The notes beneath the pieces were generated by a model. It was given only the letters and a program-made list of their open reading frames with translations. It was not told the DNA's origin and did not search any database. This document shows positions 38,906-51,622 of a stretch of 64,000 nucleotides of DNA, one piece after another. The translations under genes were made by a program, and so were the position numbers. The stretch is from Chrysomallon squamiferum (Eukaryota; Animalia; Mollusca), in the NCBI GenBank assembly GCA_012295275.1, contig CM022675.1, forward strand, positions 17,464,440 through 17,528,439, written 5' to 3'. Positions within the stretch are counted from its first letter, which is position 1, and the number at the start of each line of letters is the position of its first letter.

Positions 38906-41893
38906 CTGTACAGGTGAGGTCTACCTGAGCTTGTCAAAGCAAGGCTGTGATACTGTATATACACATTAAACCACTCACTAATCTTTTCATTATCATTTTT
39001 GAAAGCATTTTCTTTTCCAGCTCTGCTCTGAAATAAACTTAACCTTTCCCTTCTCAGTTTACCAAATAATTTTAATTTTACCATTTCAGAACTTTATTAT
39101 TTTTACACTTTATAAATATTTTATCATTCAGTTATAAAACATAAAAATTTAGTTTAGTCATTACAAAAAAGAGTATTCTGTTACCATTTTGCAAACCCTT
39201 TACCTATTTATAAAAGTGCTGTCATCATTTGTACATTGGCTTGCAGTAATATTATTCCAACACAAAATTTAGCTCATTTACTAACATAATCATAAACCTC
39301 TTTATATATATTATATATATTTTAGCTGTCCTCAAAATAGGTTCTAGTGCATAATCTTACAAGTATTTAGAATTGTGTATCATGTAAACATGCAAGGTGA
39401 TAAGAAAGTTATTTTTCAGCAGTGCATTATAGGCCTAGTTTTATTGTAATGTTATACTTAAAGCAGTAAAGAGACAGTTCAGACAGTGCACTGTGAACAG
39501 CCAGTGTCTCTGCAGTCAGCAACTAAACATCGTTCATTAATGAAAAACATTAACACTTAAATGACTAAGTCGCAAACACATTTGCACAAGTTCTGCATCC
39601 ATGTTTTAGATTCATTGCAACATTACTGTATTTGTGATGAAATCTTTCTGTTAATAAAGTCTATTAATATAATTCTGAGCACAACTGTTACTGTTTACTC
39701 TGAATATAAATTGGCCAAATTTTATGCAAAAATTCCAAAAACAAAATTATACTGTCTTTAATCATTTAAAAACAAAAAAGGATTTAACAAAGTATAATAC
39801 TTATTTTTGTTTTTGGATTTTGTTTTTTAAATCTACCACACACACACACTAGTAAAATTATTTTATCTTTCTCAATATAAACCAGTATAATATTATGATT
39901 TATTGTAATGTAATTAAAGTTAAAGCCTCAGTAAACACACATCTCTTCACCCTCCACAAACATCAGAAGTGTAAACAAAAATAGTTACTCTTTTTTTAAA
40001 TAGGATGTCTGAAAATGTTCTATTCAGTGTATTTTATGGCTTTTTAATGTTTTAGTTTTTAGATGAATAAAAATTTATGTAATAGATAAGTTTTATTTCT
40101 TTTCATTTTTAATCTTACAGAAATTACTGAAATTATAAATTTAAAAAAGTAAGAATAATACTTGATACAATAAAAATAAAAAACAAAAATAAACAAAATA
40201 AACAAAACAAAAACCCCCACCAAAAACAACATTAAAAGGAAGAAAATGTATTCTAGGAATATGTATGTGTTTTGTTAGTAATTATGCCATTCAATATCTA
40301 TCCATCAACAGATAACATCTCAGTACATTTCAGTACTGATAGGTATTAAATGTCAATCATTTGTTTGTTTTTTTAAGTGATGAAGAAATGTTGATAGTTT
40401 TGAATTGGAAATCAGAAACACTTTCTTTTTTAATCACATTCCTTAAGAAAGATTATATTACATCCTTTGGTTCACTGATTTAATCACTAAATGGACATTG
40501 GTAGAGCTAGATGATGATATGTATTTTCTTTTCAACAGGAAACTGCAAATAAAACATCCAGTACTGTCAAACAGTAAGCAGTAGGTAGCTTCTCTCATTA
40601 TTTCTATGGACCTTAAGGAAATGTATGGCACGATAAAATTAGAATAAAAATATACTGAGTCATTTTTGTATTTCTTTTCATCAAATTGCCACTCAGAATA
40701 CTATTGCTTGACAAATTAAAAAAAACATTCAAAAATATAAATAAATAAATAATAAGCTTAATATTGCTCTAACAATCTGCATGCTGTTATTTTATTCATT
40801 ATGTCTAAAATACAGTATAGGGTAATTTGAACTGTATTTATTACTAAAGCACATTTCAAGATTGATTTGTTATTTTGGGTTATCCAAAATAAACTGGTTG
40901 GAATTTGTAAAAGATTTCAGTCATAATTTAAACCAAAATATTATTTTATGTAGTATTGTGATTTAGGTGTACTTCATTCAAATACAGAAATGAAAACATA
41001 AACAAACAAACAAACAAACAAATCATCAGTATTATAATTTATGATTATTTTATATTCATTCTTCCTTTTATGATTTATTTCTCATTTCAAATCAAAAAGA
41101 TAAAAATATGAAACGATAATTTAAATCTCACAGTTTTAAGAAGGTAAACATTTTTTATTTAAAACGTAATCATTTTCTGGGTTTTGAATGTGCGCTTCAT
41201 ATTTTTGAGTGTATGCCTGTACGCTCTAGTTTGTTGGGACACTTTCTCCAGCCTTTACTAGGTGAACGTCAGTCAGAGGTAAACTTAAATATGTTTTAAT
41301 ATTCAAGTGCATAAAAACACCGAAACGGGTCGAATCGTCGCATATAACTGAATCGGACGAAAACAGACCTTAAAACACCATTATTTCACTTTTATATTTG
41401 TTTATTTAAAACATACACACATTTACTAGTTAATGTAACGAGGGTATTAGAGTTTAAGCTTTCACGGTGTTATTTGCTTTCTAATGTCAGTATATGAATT
41501 CACTGAATGTTGCTTAAATGTTAAATAAGAACTTAGGTTAATAAATATTTATGTAGCCTATGAACAATACACCAACATTACTGATAAAATCAAACATTAG
41601 TTTTATTATATTTTCATATTTACAGTAGTAAAGAGACAGTTCACCCTAGGCGTTGGTACGCTTACGTTTTGACGAGAGGGTGATAGCGACGCCTGGATGA
41701 GGCAAGGGAAGCAGGCAACTTTGAACTCATGAATGTAATATGCTTGAAACAAATGGATACACAAGAGCAATGATGGTAATTTTTTTGTCCGTTTCGGTTC
41801 GATTCTGTGTTTTTATGCACCATTAATATTCTCAGACTCATGTAAGATCGATTCTCTTCCAGCTGCGAACTTACCTTTGGGTCCCCGAATCAT
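38906..41893 (-). CDS. Tentative small gene on the minus strand, product unknown
   Basis: Candidate first exon 41893-41875 (ATG ATT CGG GGA CCC AAA G|gtaagt, perfect donor) next to an X-box. Candidate exon 39027-38906 (ttatttcag acceptor, open frame SRAGKENAF...GRPHLY, AG|gtaact donor). The intervening exon structure is ambiguous. Confidence 0.3.
41297..41830. mobile_element. Probable MITE with ~60-70-bp imperfect terminal inverted repeats
   Basis: Left aatattcaagtgcataaaaacaccgaa...cggacgaaaa versus right reverse complement aatattaatggtgcataaaaacacagaa...cggacaaaaa. Confidence 0.6.
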
Positions 41894-41912
41894 GAAGTAT
41901 TACTGTTCCCTT

Positions 41913-41939
41913 CGCAAGCAACAACAGTGTCTGGGCAAC
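41913..41939. promoter_or_regulatory. RFX X-box-like motif in CpG-rich promoter zone
   Basis: gtgtctgggcaac (41927-41939; reverse strand gttgcccagacac), plus a half site aagcaac just upstream. Confidence 0.5.
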
Positions 41940-44434
41940 CACTGTTTTATTCTTCCGTGGGGTTCTTTCAAGACAGAACACCAACATTTATTTTTAAAAT
42001 TTTAACCAAGGCATCTTAGATACGGATAAAAGATTTTAAACAATGTGGTCAAAGTTGCCTCTGGGGTCCCTCATGAATTAGGGGCCGGAAGCTTAAATTT
42101 CATTAAATGTAAAAAAAAAAAAAAAAAAAATCGATCTATCATGAGTACATACTACAAGTAGCAGCAGCAATAGTAATAACGGTATAACAGTTATTTATCT
42201 CTTTTTTTTTCTTTCTTTTCTTAAATTTTTTTTTATTTTATAATAAAACATAGTTTCTTACGTGCACTTATGTGCTTAACATAATAATGTTGCAGGCAAT
42301 CTTTGCGTTGGAAGATGTCTTAATGTTTTAAAAATGTGTAATAATAAAATATTTAACTTTTTCTCTCTAATAATCTAGTGAACATTATTTTGTGGAATAT
42401 TTAGTCAGGTTATATTAATTAAAACAGAACAATTTTATATTTTAAGAATGACAGATAAGAATTATCTCCCTTAGGGCGCTGTTGGACGTTAGTATCGTAA
42501 CTTCAAACTCCGTAACCTAACATACGTTTTTATTCATTGCTATGAATTTCTTTGACATAAATACAATGGAGGATTATATAATGTAAGTAAAATAAGATTT
42601 ACTGACATGTGACAACACAAACGTAATAATTATAGCTATTTTTACCGGCGCAGTTTTTCGGTTTCAGTTTTTATCATTGTTTGCTATTGTTCTTTGTCGA
42701 CTTTAGTTTTATTTTATTTTATTATCTTTTAATTAATTTATTGTTTTTTTAATTAAAAAATAAGTTAGTGAATTAACTTAATGTTAATCGAACAGTTAAT
42801 TACATAAATTATATAAAGTTACAAGTATTTTACACTCAAAGCAACAATGTTGTAAAGCATAACTTGAAACTATTAAAATTATTTTTTTAATTATTTATTT
42901 CCATTTTCAATGCATTAGAGGTCATATTATATGTAAAAAGCAAAGTAATCACCAGCTGTTCGGACCACTTCCCTGATACATTCATTATATAGCTTGATAC
43001 CAGTTTTTGAGCAGAAAGCTAAAATCTGTGTTTAAAGGTTCGTCAACCGGCCGTAAAAACAAATTAGTTAAAAATTAATTTTTCATTCTTTTTCGTTAAA
43101 ACAAAAAGTATTCATCTTCTAAATCTTATATTATTTATGCAAACAATGAGTTTCCTATTTGAATTTTAAAAAATCATTGCTACAATTATAAGGGTGATAA
43201 TATTATACAAAAATTCGTTTATAATAGTAAAACTAATATTAATTATTTTCTTTTAAGGGAATGGAAACCGTGGTCGAGCGCTTACCGAGATTTTAAACAG
43301 TTTTCCGCTTTCACTGCTGATGTACGTTTTTTCCCATGACAGTAGCAATGCTAATGGCCACCTGGGACGCTCACTACTAATATTTTTACAGAAGTGGTGT
43401 ATTCCCAGACTCAGAATGTTATGCTAATTTACCATCTGTTTAAAACAGAATGAAATCATATATCAGTTTATTTTATTTGGGTAAGTTGTAATCAAAACAA
43501 ATAAGTGGTAGCCAAAACATTCATAAAAACAAAAATAGTTAATTACACATTTAAATCTATGATCTTTCACATTCTGCTTTGTATTTGACAAGTAAGTAAT
43601 AATCCCTGTTTAATCAGCCTTTCAAGGGAAGCAGTAATGCCGATCCATCAGGAAGGCAACTCTATATAGTCATCCACAAAAGGATTACACGTTCATAATA
43701 TCAGCTGAAACTGGCCAAAAACATATTTAATTCAGTAAGTCTATGTTTCTTAAGGTCATTATGAACAGAACACTTTATTGAATAGATCCTGTAAACTTGA
43801 TAAAAATATCCCTTGAAATAAGTTTTTTTTATGACTTAAGGTTTACCTTTTTAAAAACATAAACATTCATATATTCAGACTGGATTTTTGACAAATGAAA
43901 TGATATTTTTTTTAATTTTTTTTTTTTCACCTTTTTCTTTTAAGATATCTTAAGCATTTTTTATTGTCATTATTATTTATTTATATATTTTTTTCTTTTC
44001 CTCTGGGATCATGGTCTTGATGGTACAAAAAACATCTTTATTTGACAATAATAATTTTAAAAAAATGTGTTAGCATTGCTACTGACAGTTTTTAATTAAA
44101 ATTTATTTGTATTTAGAACTAATTAATATGGCAGTTTAGAATACGTACATTAACTAAACAAATAATAATGCTAATATTAATAATATTAATAATAAACAAA
44201 TAATTAAAAAATAATAATAAATAAATAAGTTATTAATATATTTATTGTAAAAACTCTCAAAAAATGAACCATGTTAAAGCAGATTTGTTTTAATCAACAA
44301 GAAAACACAGCAGTAAAGATGAAAAGCTATGAAGTAGATTATATATAAAAATTTATGGTTGATTTGATTTTGATAATAATAATAAGAAAACTGAATTTTA
44401 TTTACACACTTTATTACTACAGTTCTATTTCCAG

Positions 44435-44916
44435 GACTCTGGCAAAATCCGTTTTACTAACCTAAAGACAGAAAATTCTAACAGCAACTGTGAGTAGTTT
44501 TATTAGTTAATATAAATTTGTAATCTAGTTAGAAAACATATTTGTGGATTTTAATTTAATTTAAGAATGTCAGACAAACTAATTTATAAATCATAGTTAA
44601 GTGTAATTGTGAAATCAAATATACAGATAATTTTGCAAATATTCTTTTGCTACAAATTTATGAATTACAGTATATTAACTAGAGGTTTATACAAATATTA
44701 CTAATCATTTTAATGTTAAATAATTATAAATTTGTGTTTCTTGTAATTACACTTACAGCATCTCAAAGTTCCTTATATACAGCTTCCCTTGAGGATGACT
44801 TAGATTTTGAGTTTGACTGTCCCTTGGACACTTCTTGGTCTCTCCTTAATGAAATTGTCAGTGAATTTCATGCATCTGAAGTCTATAAAGACCTGGCCAA
44901 GTTATTTGTAATTATT

Positions 44917-44975
<59 letters not shown>

Positions 44976-47900
44976 TAGATAGATAGATAGATATAGATAT
45001 ATAAATATATATTGTTATTAATATTTAACTTTATTATTATCAGTACTGAACTGGCTTATATTTAATTGCAAGTATTAAATTATTGTATTTATAAATATTT
45101 GGATTGGTGGACTTTACAGTCTATAAAAACTTGTATGTCAGTAATATAATTAAACTTTGTCTCATCACAAAATAATAAACAGTTTGGATTTCAAGCATTA
45201 TAAAGCAGTATGAACTTTAGATCCAGTCCATTAAACAGTAAACAGGTATTAATATATCCAAAATCAAAAGAACAAGTTGCATAACGACTTAAGATTTTTT
45301 ATTTAATAAACTGAAAGATAAAGAAAAACTAATTGAAGTTCTGTTCAGAATTCAAAGAATAATCAAATGTTAATTGTTCAACCACTAAAAATATTCCAAG
45401 TTGATTTATCAAACGTCAAAGTTCAGGAGTTACTTTATACTCTCAATATATTTCAAAGTTAAAGTCTGCAGGTCTTAGAATGTTGAGCTTTGTGAGGAGA
45501 AGAAGGCATGCTGTCCTTCCTTAAGCATTAAAAGCAATGTCTAAGTATGTTGAGAATTAACTACAAAAAACTATGCTGCTCAACTAACCCATGCCTTGAA
45601 TGATTAAAGGTTATTGATAAAAAAAAATAAGTTCTTACGAAAATACAATCTTGTTTTCAAAGATTAGTAACAGAATGAAAACAATTAGTTTATGCACTAA
45701 TTAAACATAAGTTCATTTCATTATTTATAATTATTAGTATTAATTGAAAATGTTATGTCTTCTGATTATTGAATTACCACAGAAAATGTTAATTATTTTG
45801 TACTGCTTTTAATAATTTAATACATATGATTTCAGGACAACAAGTTTCTTGAAAGCTCACTATCTTTGGAAGAATTAGTGGTAGGTTTTAAACTTTCATT
45901 TGACTTTCTTTTAAAGTATTCTCATATTCCATCTTATTTATTACTTCACCAAACATTTTATCCATCATTTGTTTTAAGAATCTTCCACTGTTTTATATTA
46001 AGACAAAAAGTAAACAGCTTTGTTTAAAAAATTAAGGAAACTCATAATAACCCTCATAAAACATTTATAAAATTTATTATATTGTCCAACTAACAATAAA
46101 ATATTTATGAACAATTATGACCACTGTAATAAAATAAGTAAATCGAATAAAAACAGTTTAAAGTAAAATTTGTTATATATTTTTACTTTTCAGACTGATA
46201 AATCCACTGACAGTAAGTTGCATATATAGATATATGTATATAGATACATATACATATACACATTCACACACGCATATCATTCCTTGTATCACATGAAACC
46301 TTTTATGTCATGTCAAGCAATATAAACAATTTAAAAACATGGACATCATTCACAAACCGTTTTTTAAAATATACAAATTGAAGAATTAATTGTTCAACTA
46401 TGATGACTTCTGAGAAAGATTAAATTAGAGAATTATTTATAAATTATTACATTTCTTTTTGAAAGAGTGTGTGTCAGTTGACTCCCTTTACACTCTTAAA
46501 TATAAGGCAGACCTTGATGATGATGAAAAAAGCATAATTAAGGAGAAAGAGGTTAATCCAAGTTCTGATTGGTCAATGATTGATGATATTATTTCCCACT
46601 TCAGTGGATCTGATATGTATGAAGATGTTGTTAAGATTTTGGTTAGTATTGGCTAGTTATTGCTCAGTAAACCCTTGGAGTTATCATTATATCATTAAAA
46701 AAGAAGAAAAATATAAGCTCACCAAATAATTGTTAGTATACTGGGGAGAAGAAATTAAAATTTAAATGATAAATCAGTTTCATTTGATTAATAAAAACAC
46801 CAGTGTCTATTTCAGTGTAGAGTTTCTTTTAAATGAAGTTCATAAGTTAGAATATCCTTAAGATCAGTTCCTCAGTTACCTTTTAGCAAAAGAAGCATTC
46901 AGATTTAATTTATATATATAAACATGTATATGAATATATATATATATTACAGCTCTGTTTTATTTTATAATGAGTACAACAGTGTTAAAATTATATAATA
47001 CAAAGTCAGTATGTTTTTCTTCATTCAGGAAATAAAGACTCCAAAGACAGGAGAGCCTGAAAATGATATCCAGTCAAAAAGGATGATTATAACATTTATA
47101 AAAAAAAAAAAAAAAAAATCATTATTCTCATATTATCAAATTAATGGACCAAGAAAGTTTTAAATTATATTATTAGCATTTACAAACGTACAAAATATAT
47201 GCCAAGAAATATTTGCATGACAAACTGAATAGATTTTGTATTTAGACAAAATCATCTTAAAAAGAGAGAGAACATTTTGTTAATGTTCTTGAACAGTAAA
47301 TGTAGGTGGAAGTTTCACTCATGAAATTAAGAATTAATGTTAAAAATTGAATTAGTAGAAATTTATCTGTTTGAAAATTCTATAGACAATCACAAAGAGA
47401 CTTGTGAATAGAAATAACTTGAAAAGAAGTGTTTGTCTTCTTATTTCCTCAAGTTATAAATGAGACTTTTTCTCTTTGAAAGGAGAAATATATGCTTTAT
47501 ATTTTCTATAAATACACCAAAAATTAAGAATGACATCTTTCATTAACATCCATGAATTTGTTACATTTCTCATTGTTATTTAATATTTTGCAAAATTTCT
47601 TCTCTGAAGTTAATTATTTGAAATTAAACAAAAATGATGCAAAGGAATGACCTGGTTATTGCTGCAGACCAGAGCCATTAGTTGTTAATCATAAACATGT
47701 AAATGTTGTAACATGAAAACATATATTTCTTGATTTGTTTTAGTAATTATTGTATGACTTTTGACGTTTTCTCAAATTTGTTATTAAATTTTATTTGCCA
47801 TGATGCTATTTGAAACCTTTGTTTAGTAATAATGTAACAATCAAATATTTGAAGCAGATTTATTAACGCAGTGATTAACTTTCAGATGAAATATTTTTCA

Positions 47901-48351
47901 GCTGTGTCAAAAGTGAATATCAAATAAATATCAAAATCTGCCTTCTAAATGTTTTAAAAGAATTAATGGAAACAGGACAAGTGTTCAAAAATGGTGTGTA
48001 TTTATAAATAAAACTTAACATAGCTATATCATCTTGTTATCAAACCTAATCTAAATCATTAAGTTAATTTCATATAATAGTACTGAAGGCTACATATCAG
48101 TACAGCATTTTGAGAATACATTGTCTTTAGAATTATATACAAAAAATAAATATAATATATAGGTATATACTTAATTTTGAGATATAAATATTACATAAAT
48201 TGGAGTTCTAGCTGAAAATATATTAGGGTTTTATTAAATTGGGCTTTTTCACAACCTGGTTAGTGTCATAAAACTAGTATAGTGGCCATAAGAAGTGAAC
48301 ATAAAATATGAATGGGTGGAATCATCAAATTTTCTTTTATAATTTATGAAA

Positions 48352-48388
<37 letters not shown>

Positions 48389-48527
48389 CACATATATATA
48401 TCCCATTGGTTATCTTGCATTGAGATGTTCCTAAACAAATATTCACTCATTTGTTGCAGACAAAGATGGAGAACAAAGTACAGCTGCCATTCTTCCCGGA
48501 TATGACAGCCTAACACTAACAAACTAG
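44435..48527 (+). CDS. Uncharacterised multi-exon protein with two related acidic/helical modules; 5' end unresolved
   Basis: Phase-consistent exons 44435-44489, 44759-44907, 45836-45880, 46194-46212, 46466(or 46478)-46641, 47029-? (donor unclear), 47886-47992 and 48460-48527 (DKDGEQSTAAILPGYDSLTLTN*). AATAAA at ~48549. Confidence 0.65.
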
Positions 48528-49935
48528 TAACTTTTTTGTTCTTTTGTAAATAAATATATCTTACCTGCACTTTTGTTAGTATTTTAAATAGTGAAATAGT
48601 AATTATTCTAAACGTCAATTTGTATTTTAACAGTGATGCAGTATTCAGTTTATTCAATTATTTTTTATATGTTTATATCCATGTTGAAGCATGTTAGTTT
48701 TCAATAGCAAGTCTTTCTTAATACCTTGGATGTGATGTGATGAAAACCAACATTTAATTGGATAAATGTATGGTTTCCAGTCTTTTTACACCACAACCAG
48801 AAACATTCCCAGACAAAACTTGATTGACAGGTGGCACTGCAGTGTAGTCACTAACACAACACAAAGCAGATTTTCAGTATCTAATTTTGATTTTATATTT
48901 ATATAAAAACTACTAATAGTAATAATAATCATAGTTAATTATATAAATTTAAAAAGTTTCAAAATATAGTTTTTGAAATTTAAGGGGTTTAGTTCTTTTT
49001 CTTTGGACCCACCCAATTATAAATAATTCTCACAAAATCAGTCGCTTGTTGGAAAAATTCAAAAATGAGTTATTAGTACCAGTTGAAAGAGCAGCATTAC
49101 TATTTTGTTATAAGTTATTGTAAATGAAATTCAATCAGTTCTAACGGGAGCTATGCGGTGATAAACGCGTTGAGGATAAAAATCGCAAAATGCAGAAAAC
49201 GGCTTTTGAAGTATTTGATTTATTTGGGGGTATTTTATCTTTATCTGGATTACCATGGACGGATCATTATAATCTGCTAATATGAACACAATATCTTTGT
49301 TAGAAAAAACACGCAGATGTTTTAATTATTTTGTAGTTACACCGTTAAGAAACATAACGAACCAGTACTACAGTTATTCTTTGGTTTACATGACACATCT
49401 CACTTAAGCTTGTACCAGTCAGTGCTTTTCTCTTGATACTGTATTAATATTTAAAATAAAATTCTTGTTTGAAATAATGAATAATAAAATAATTATTACC
49501 CTGTTTAATTTCAATAATGTTTTCTAAAATGGAAAAATTATGTTAATGTGATACAGAAAATTAAATGGTGTATCTGCTAGCTTAAAGATAATATATTCTC
49601 AAGAGTTTTATACTGAAACATAATTTGTTATGTAATTACCATGTTTAGTAACAAAGGCTATATCTACTTATGTAAATATAAACATTGTTAAAGCCAGGAA
49701 TCACTGTTTTACCACTGATCAGTAAAGAGTTAAAATATTTTTTCTTCTGAGCAATAATAAAAACAAAACATCATTTTAAGTAACTGATATATTTTTATTT
49801 ATTTCTTTTTTCACGGCCTCGTTTATGTGGTAAAGAAGGTCGACTGTTGCCTACCCTGCAGCAGTGCCCTGTCACCGCCGCTTAAATGGAAACAAAAAGT
49901 TAACATTCTTCCCCGCTTTCGAAATCTCTGCTGAA

Positions 49936-50999
49936 TGTTGTCAGCTGCCTGTGCACAGGGCGCTGTGAACAAGAACACGTGGTGCTTGTAAAAGACATGG
50001 ATTGGAGACACAAGGAAACAAATGTCTTCAATGCCACAACCGACGTTGATGCTTGCTGTCTTACACACCACTCTCTCCTACATTCCTCTTTCGTAAATGT
50101 GGGTCAGCGGGTCACATACAAATAAGTAGGAATCGTTCTGTTTTTTGAACCTCTTCTCTCAAAACTGTAACGCTCACCATCGTCTTCGATGACTAATTCC
50201 CGCCGAACGTAGTTGCATGTCTTCTCAATGTCAGAAACACAAACACGCAAACGTGCTCACCATCAAATTTAGATCATTCTACACACACACGTTGTTAGCT
50301 ACATGTGTACACGGCGCTATGAACAGGAGCAATTCTTGCGCGCTTCCAGTGTAATAGTCGTGAAAGAAACAGCACCGACATCTGCTGCTTTCCGAGCTAT
50401 CTTTTGTTTCTCTGTATGTTGCTTACAGTGAGGAATAAAGCAATTGCTCTTCCACCGATCACGTACTTTTCAATGTGCGTGTCTCTCACAGGGAAAACAA
50501 ATAAACTTGCCGTTCGGCTGGAACGCCTTTTTGAAGACGATGGTGCCCTGAGCCGATTCTAACAGTGAGTTCGGAACACCTTAAAGAGAAGAGCTTCCTG
50601 TTGAGAGCCCCGTGTACACAGGCAGCTAACAACGCGTATGTGTGTAATCACCTAAATTTGAGGGTGAGCACAATTACATGTGTGTGTTTCTGAGAGCGAG
50701 AAGACAAGAAAATACATTCGGCGGGAATTAGTCTCCGAAGACGATGGTGCGCTGTGCAGCGTCTTAGCGTTCGAGAGAAGATCTTCAAAAACAAAACGAT
50801 TCCAACGGGTTATTTGTGTCTGAGACAGTTAACCACCTTTAGAAAAGACGATTGTAGGAGACAGTAGTGTGTAAGATGGCAAGCCTTAACGTCAATTGTG
50901 ACACTGAACGCATCTGTTGCATTATATCTCCAATCCATGTCTTTTACGATCAACAATATTTCCTGTTCACACCGCCGTGTACACAGGCAGCTAACAACG
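49936..50999. repeat. Large diverged inverted repeat (arms ~49936-50337 and ~50589-50999, spacer ~250 bp)
   Basis: Examples: gtaaaagacatggattggaga versus tctccaatccatgtcttttac, and caccatcgtcttcgatgactaattcccgccgaa versus ttcggcgggaattagtctccgaagacgatggtg. The ORF track shows mirror peptides on opposite strands. Confidence 0.92.
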
Positions 51000-51019
51000 T
51001 GTCTGTGTGTAATAACCTA

Positions 51020-51622
51020 ATAATTTCTTCTCCGGCTTCGCAACCACTCCCAGTACGTAAATTAAATGTAGACAAACGACACACGTCTGAATGCGTTCTG
51101 TTATGACTGTTAAACCTCGTTTAAGAGAGATTATGCGTGTAGGTGTTTGGTGTAATACAGAGATAAGGGACATGGCCGAGCGGTATTTCTGAGACACTAA
51201 GAGAACGGTAAAGTCATTACAATGGTACTAGAGAGATTTGTCAAAGAAAAGAGGGTGCGTACCGTTTAATGACTAGTACCCGCTGAGCGGGAAAATGAAT
51301 TCTTCTCCAGCTTCTCAACTTCTCGTACTATTTAACTTTGAATCGTATGTAGACGTAGCTATCAGCATTGAATGCGTTCTGTTGTCAAGCAGTTCTTCCT
51401 ACGGCGTTAAGAGCAAACCTTTAAATCTAGTTTAAAACTTGTGGTGCGTGTGTGTGTCTTCTGAGGAAACACCAATACGGATGATATAAGGGACCTGGTA
51501 CAGTCTAGGAGAAAGGAAACAGGTATGCAGGTAGCAAGAAAATTAATTTCTTCTCTGGCTTCGAAGACACTCCTAGTACGTAAATTTCAAGTGTACGTAG
51601 ACACACCAGACACGTCGGAATG
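51020..51622 (-). repeat. Degenerate satellite-related units in inverted orientation (~250-275-bp spacing)
   Basis: aactttgaatcgtatgtagacgtagctatcagcattgaatgcgttctgttgtcaagcag is the reverse complement of the 169-bp monomer core. aatttcttctc-like heads recur at ~51022, 51298 and 51545. Confidence 0.75.

Noticed and set aside
38272-40573. Plus-strand micro-exon candidates (38272-38296, 40121-40148, 40539-40573)
   Set aside because: Splice-like signals are common in AT-rich DNA, and I could not join them into a consistent frame with neighbouring genes.
42566-43480. First coding exons for the 44-48 kb gene (MEDYI|gtaagt and MKSYISLFYL|gtaagt)
   Set aside because: Their phases (2 and 1) hit stops when joined to the phase-0 exon at 44435. 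They may be 5' UTR exons with uORFs, but this is unresolved.
49823-51106. Two similar ORFs (MVCKTASINVGC... and MCKMASLNVNC...) as paralogous genes
   Set aside because: They are the two arms of the inverted repeat, use non-ATG starts and show no exon context.
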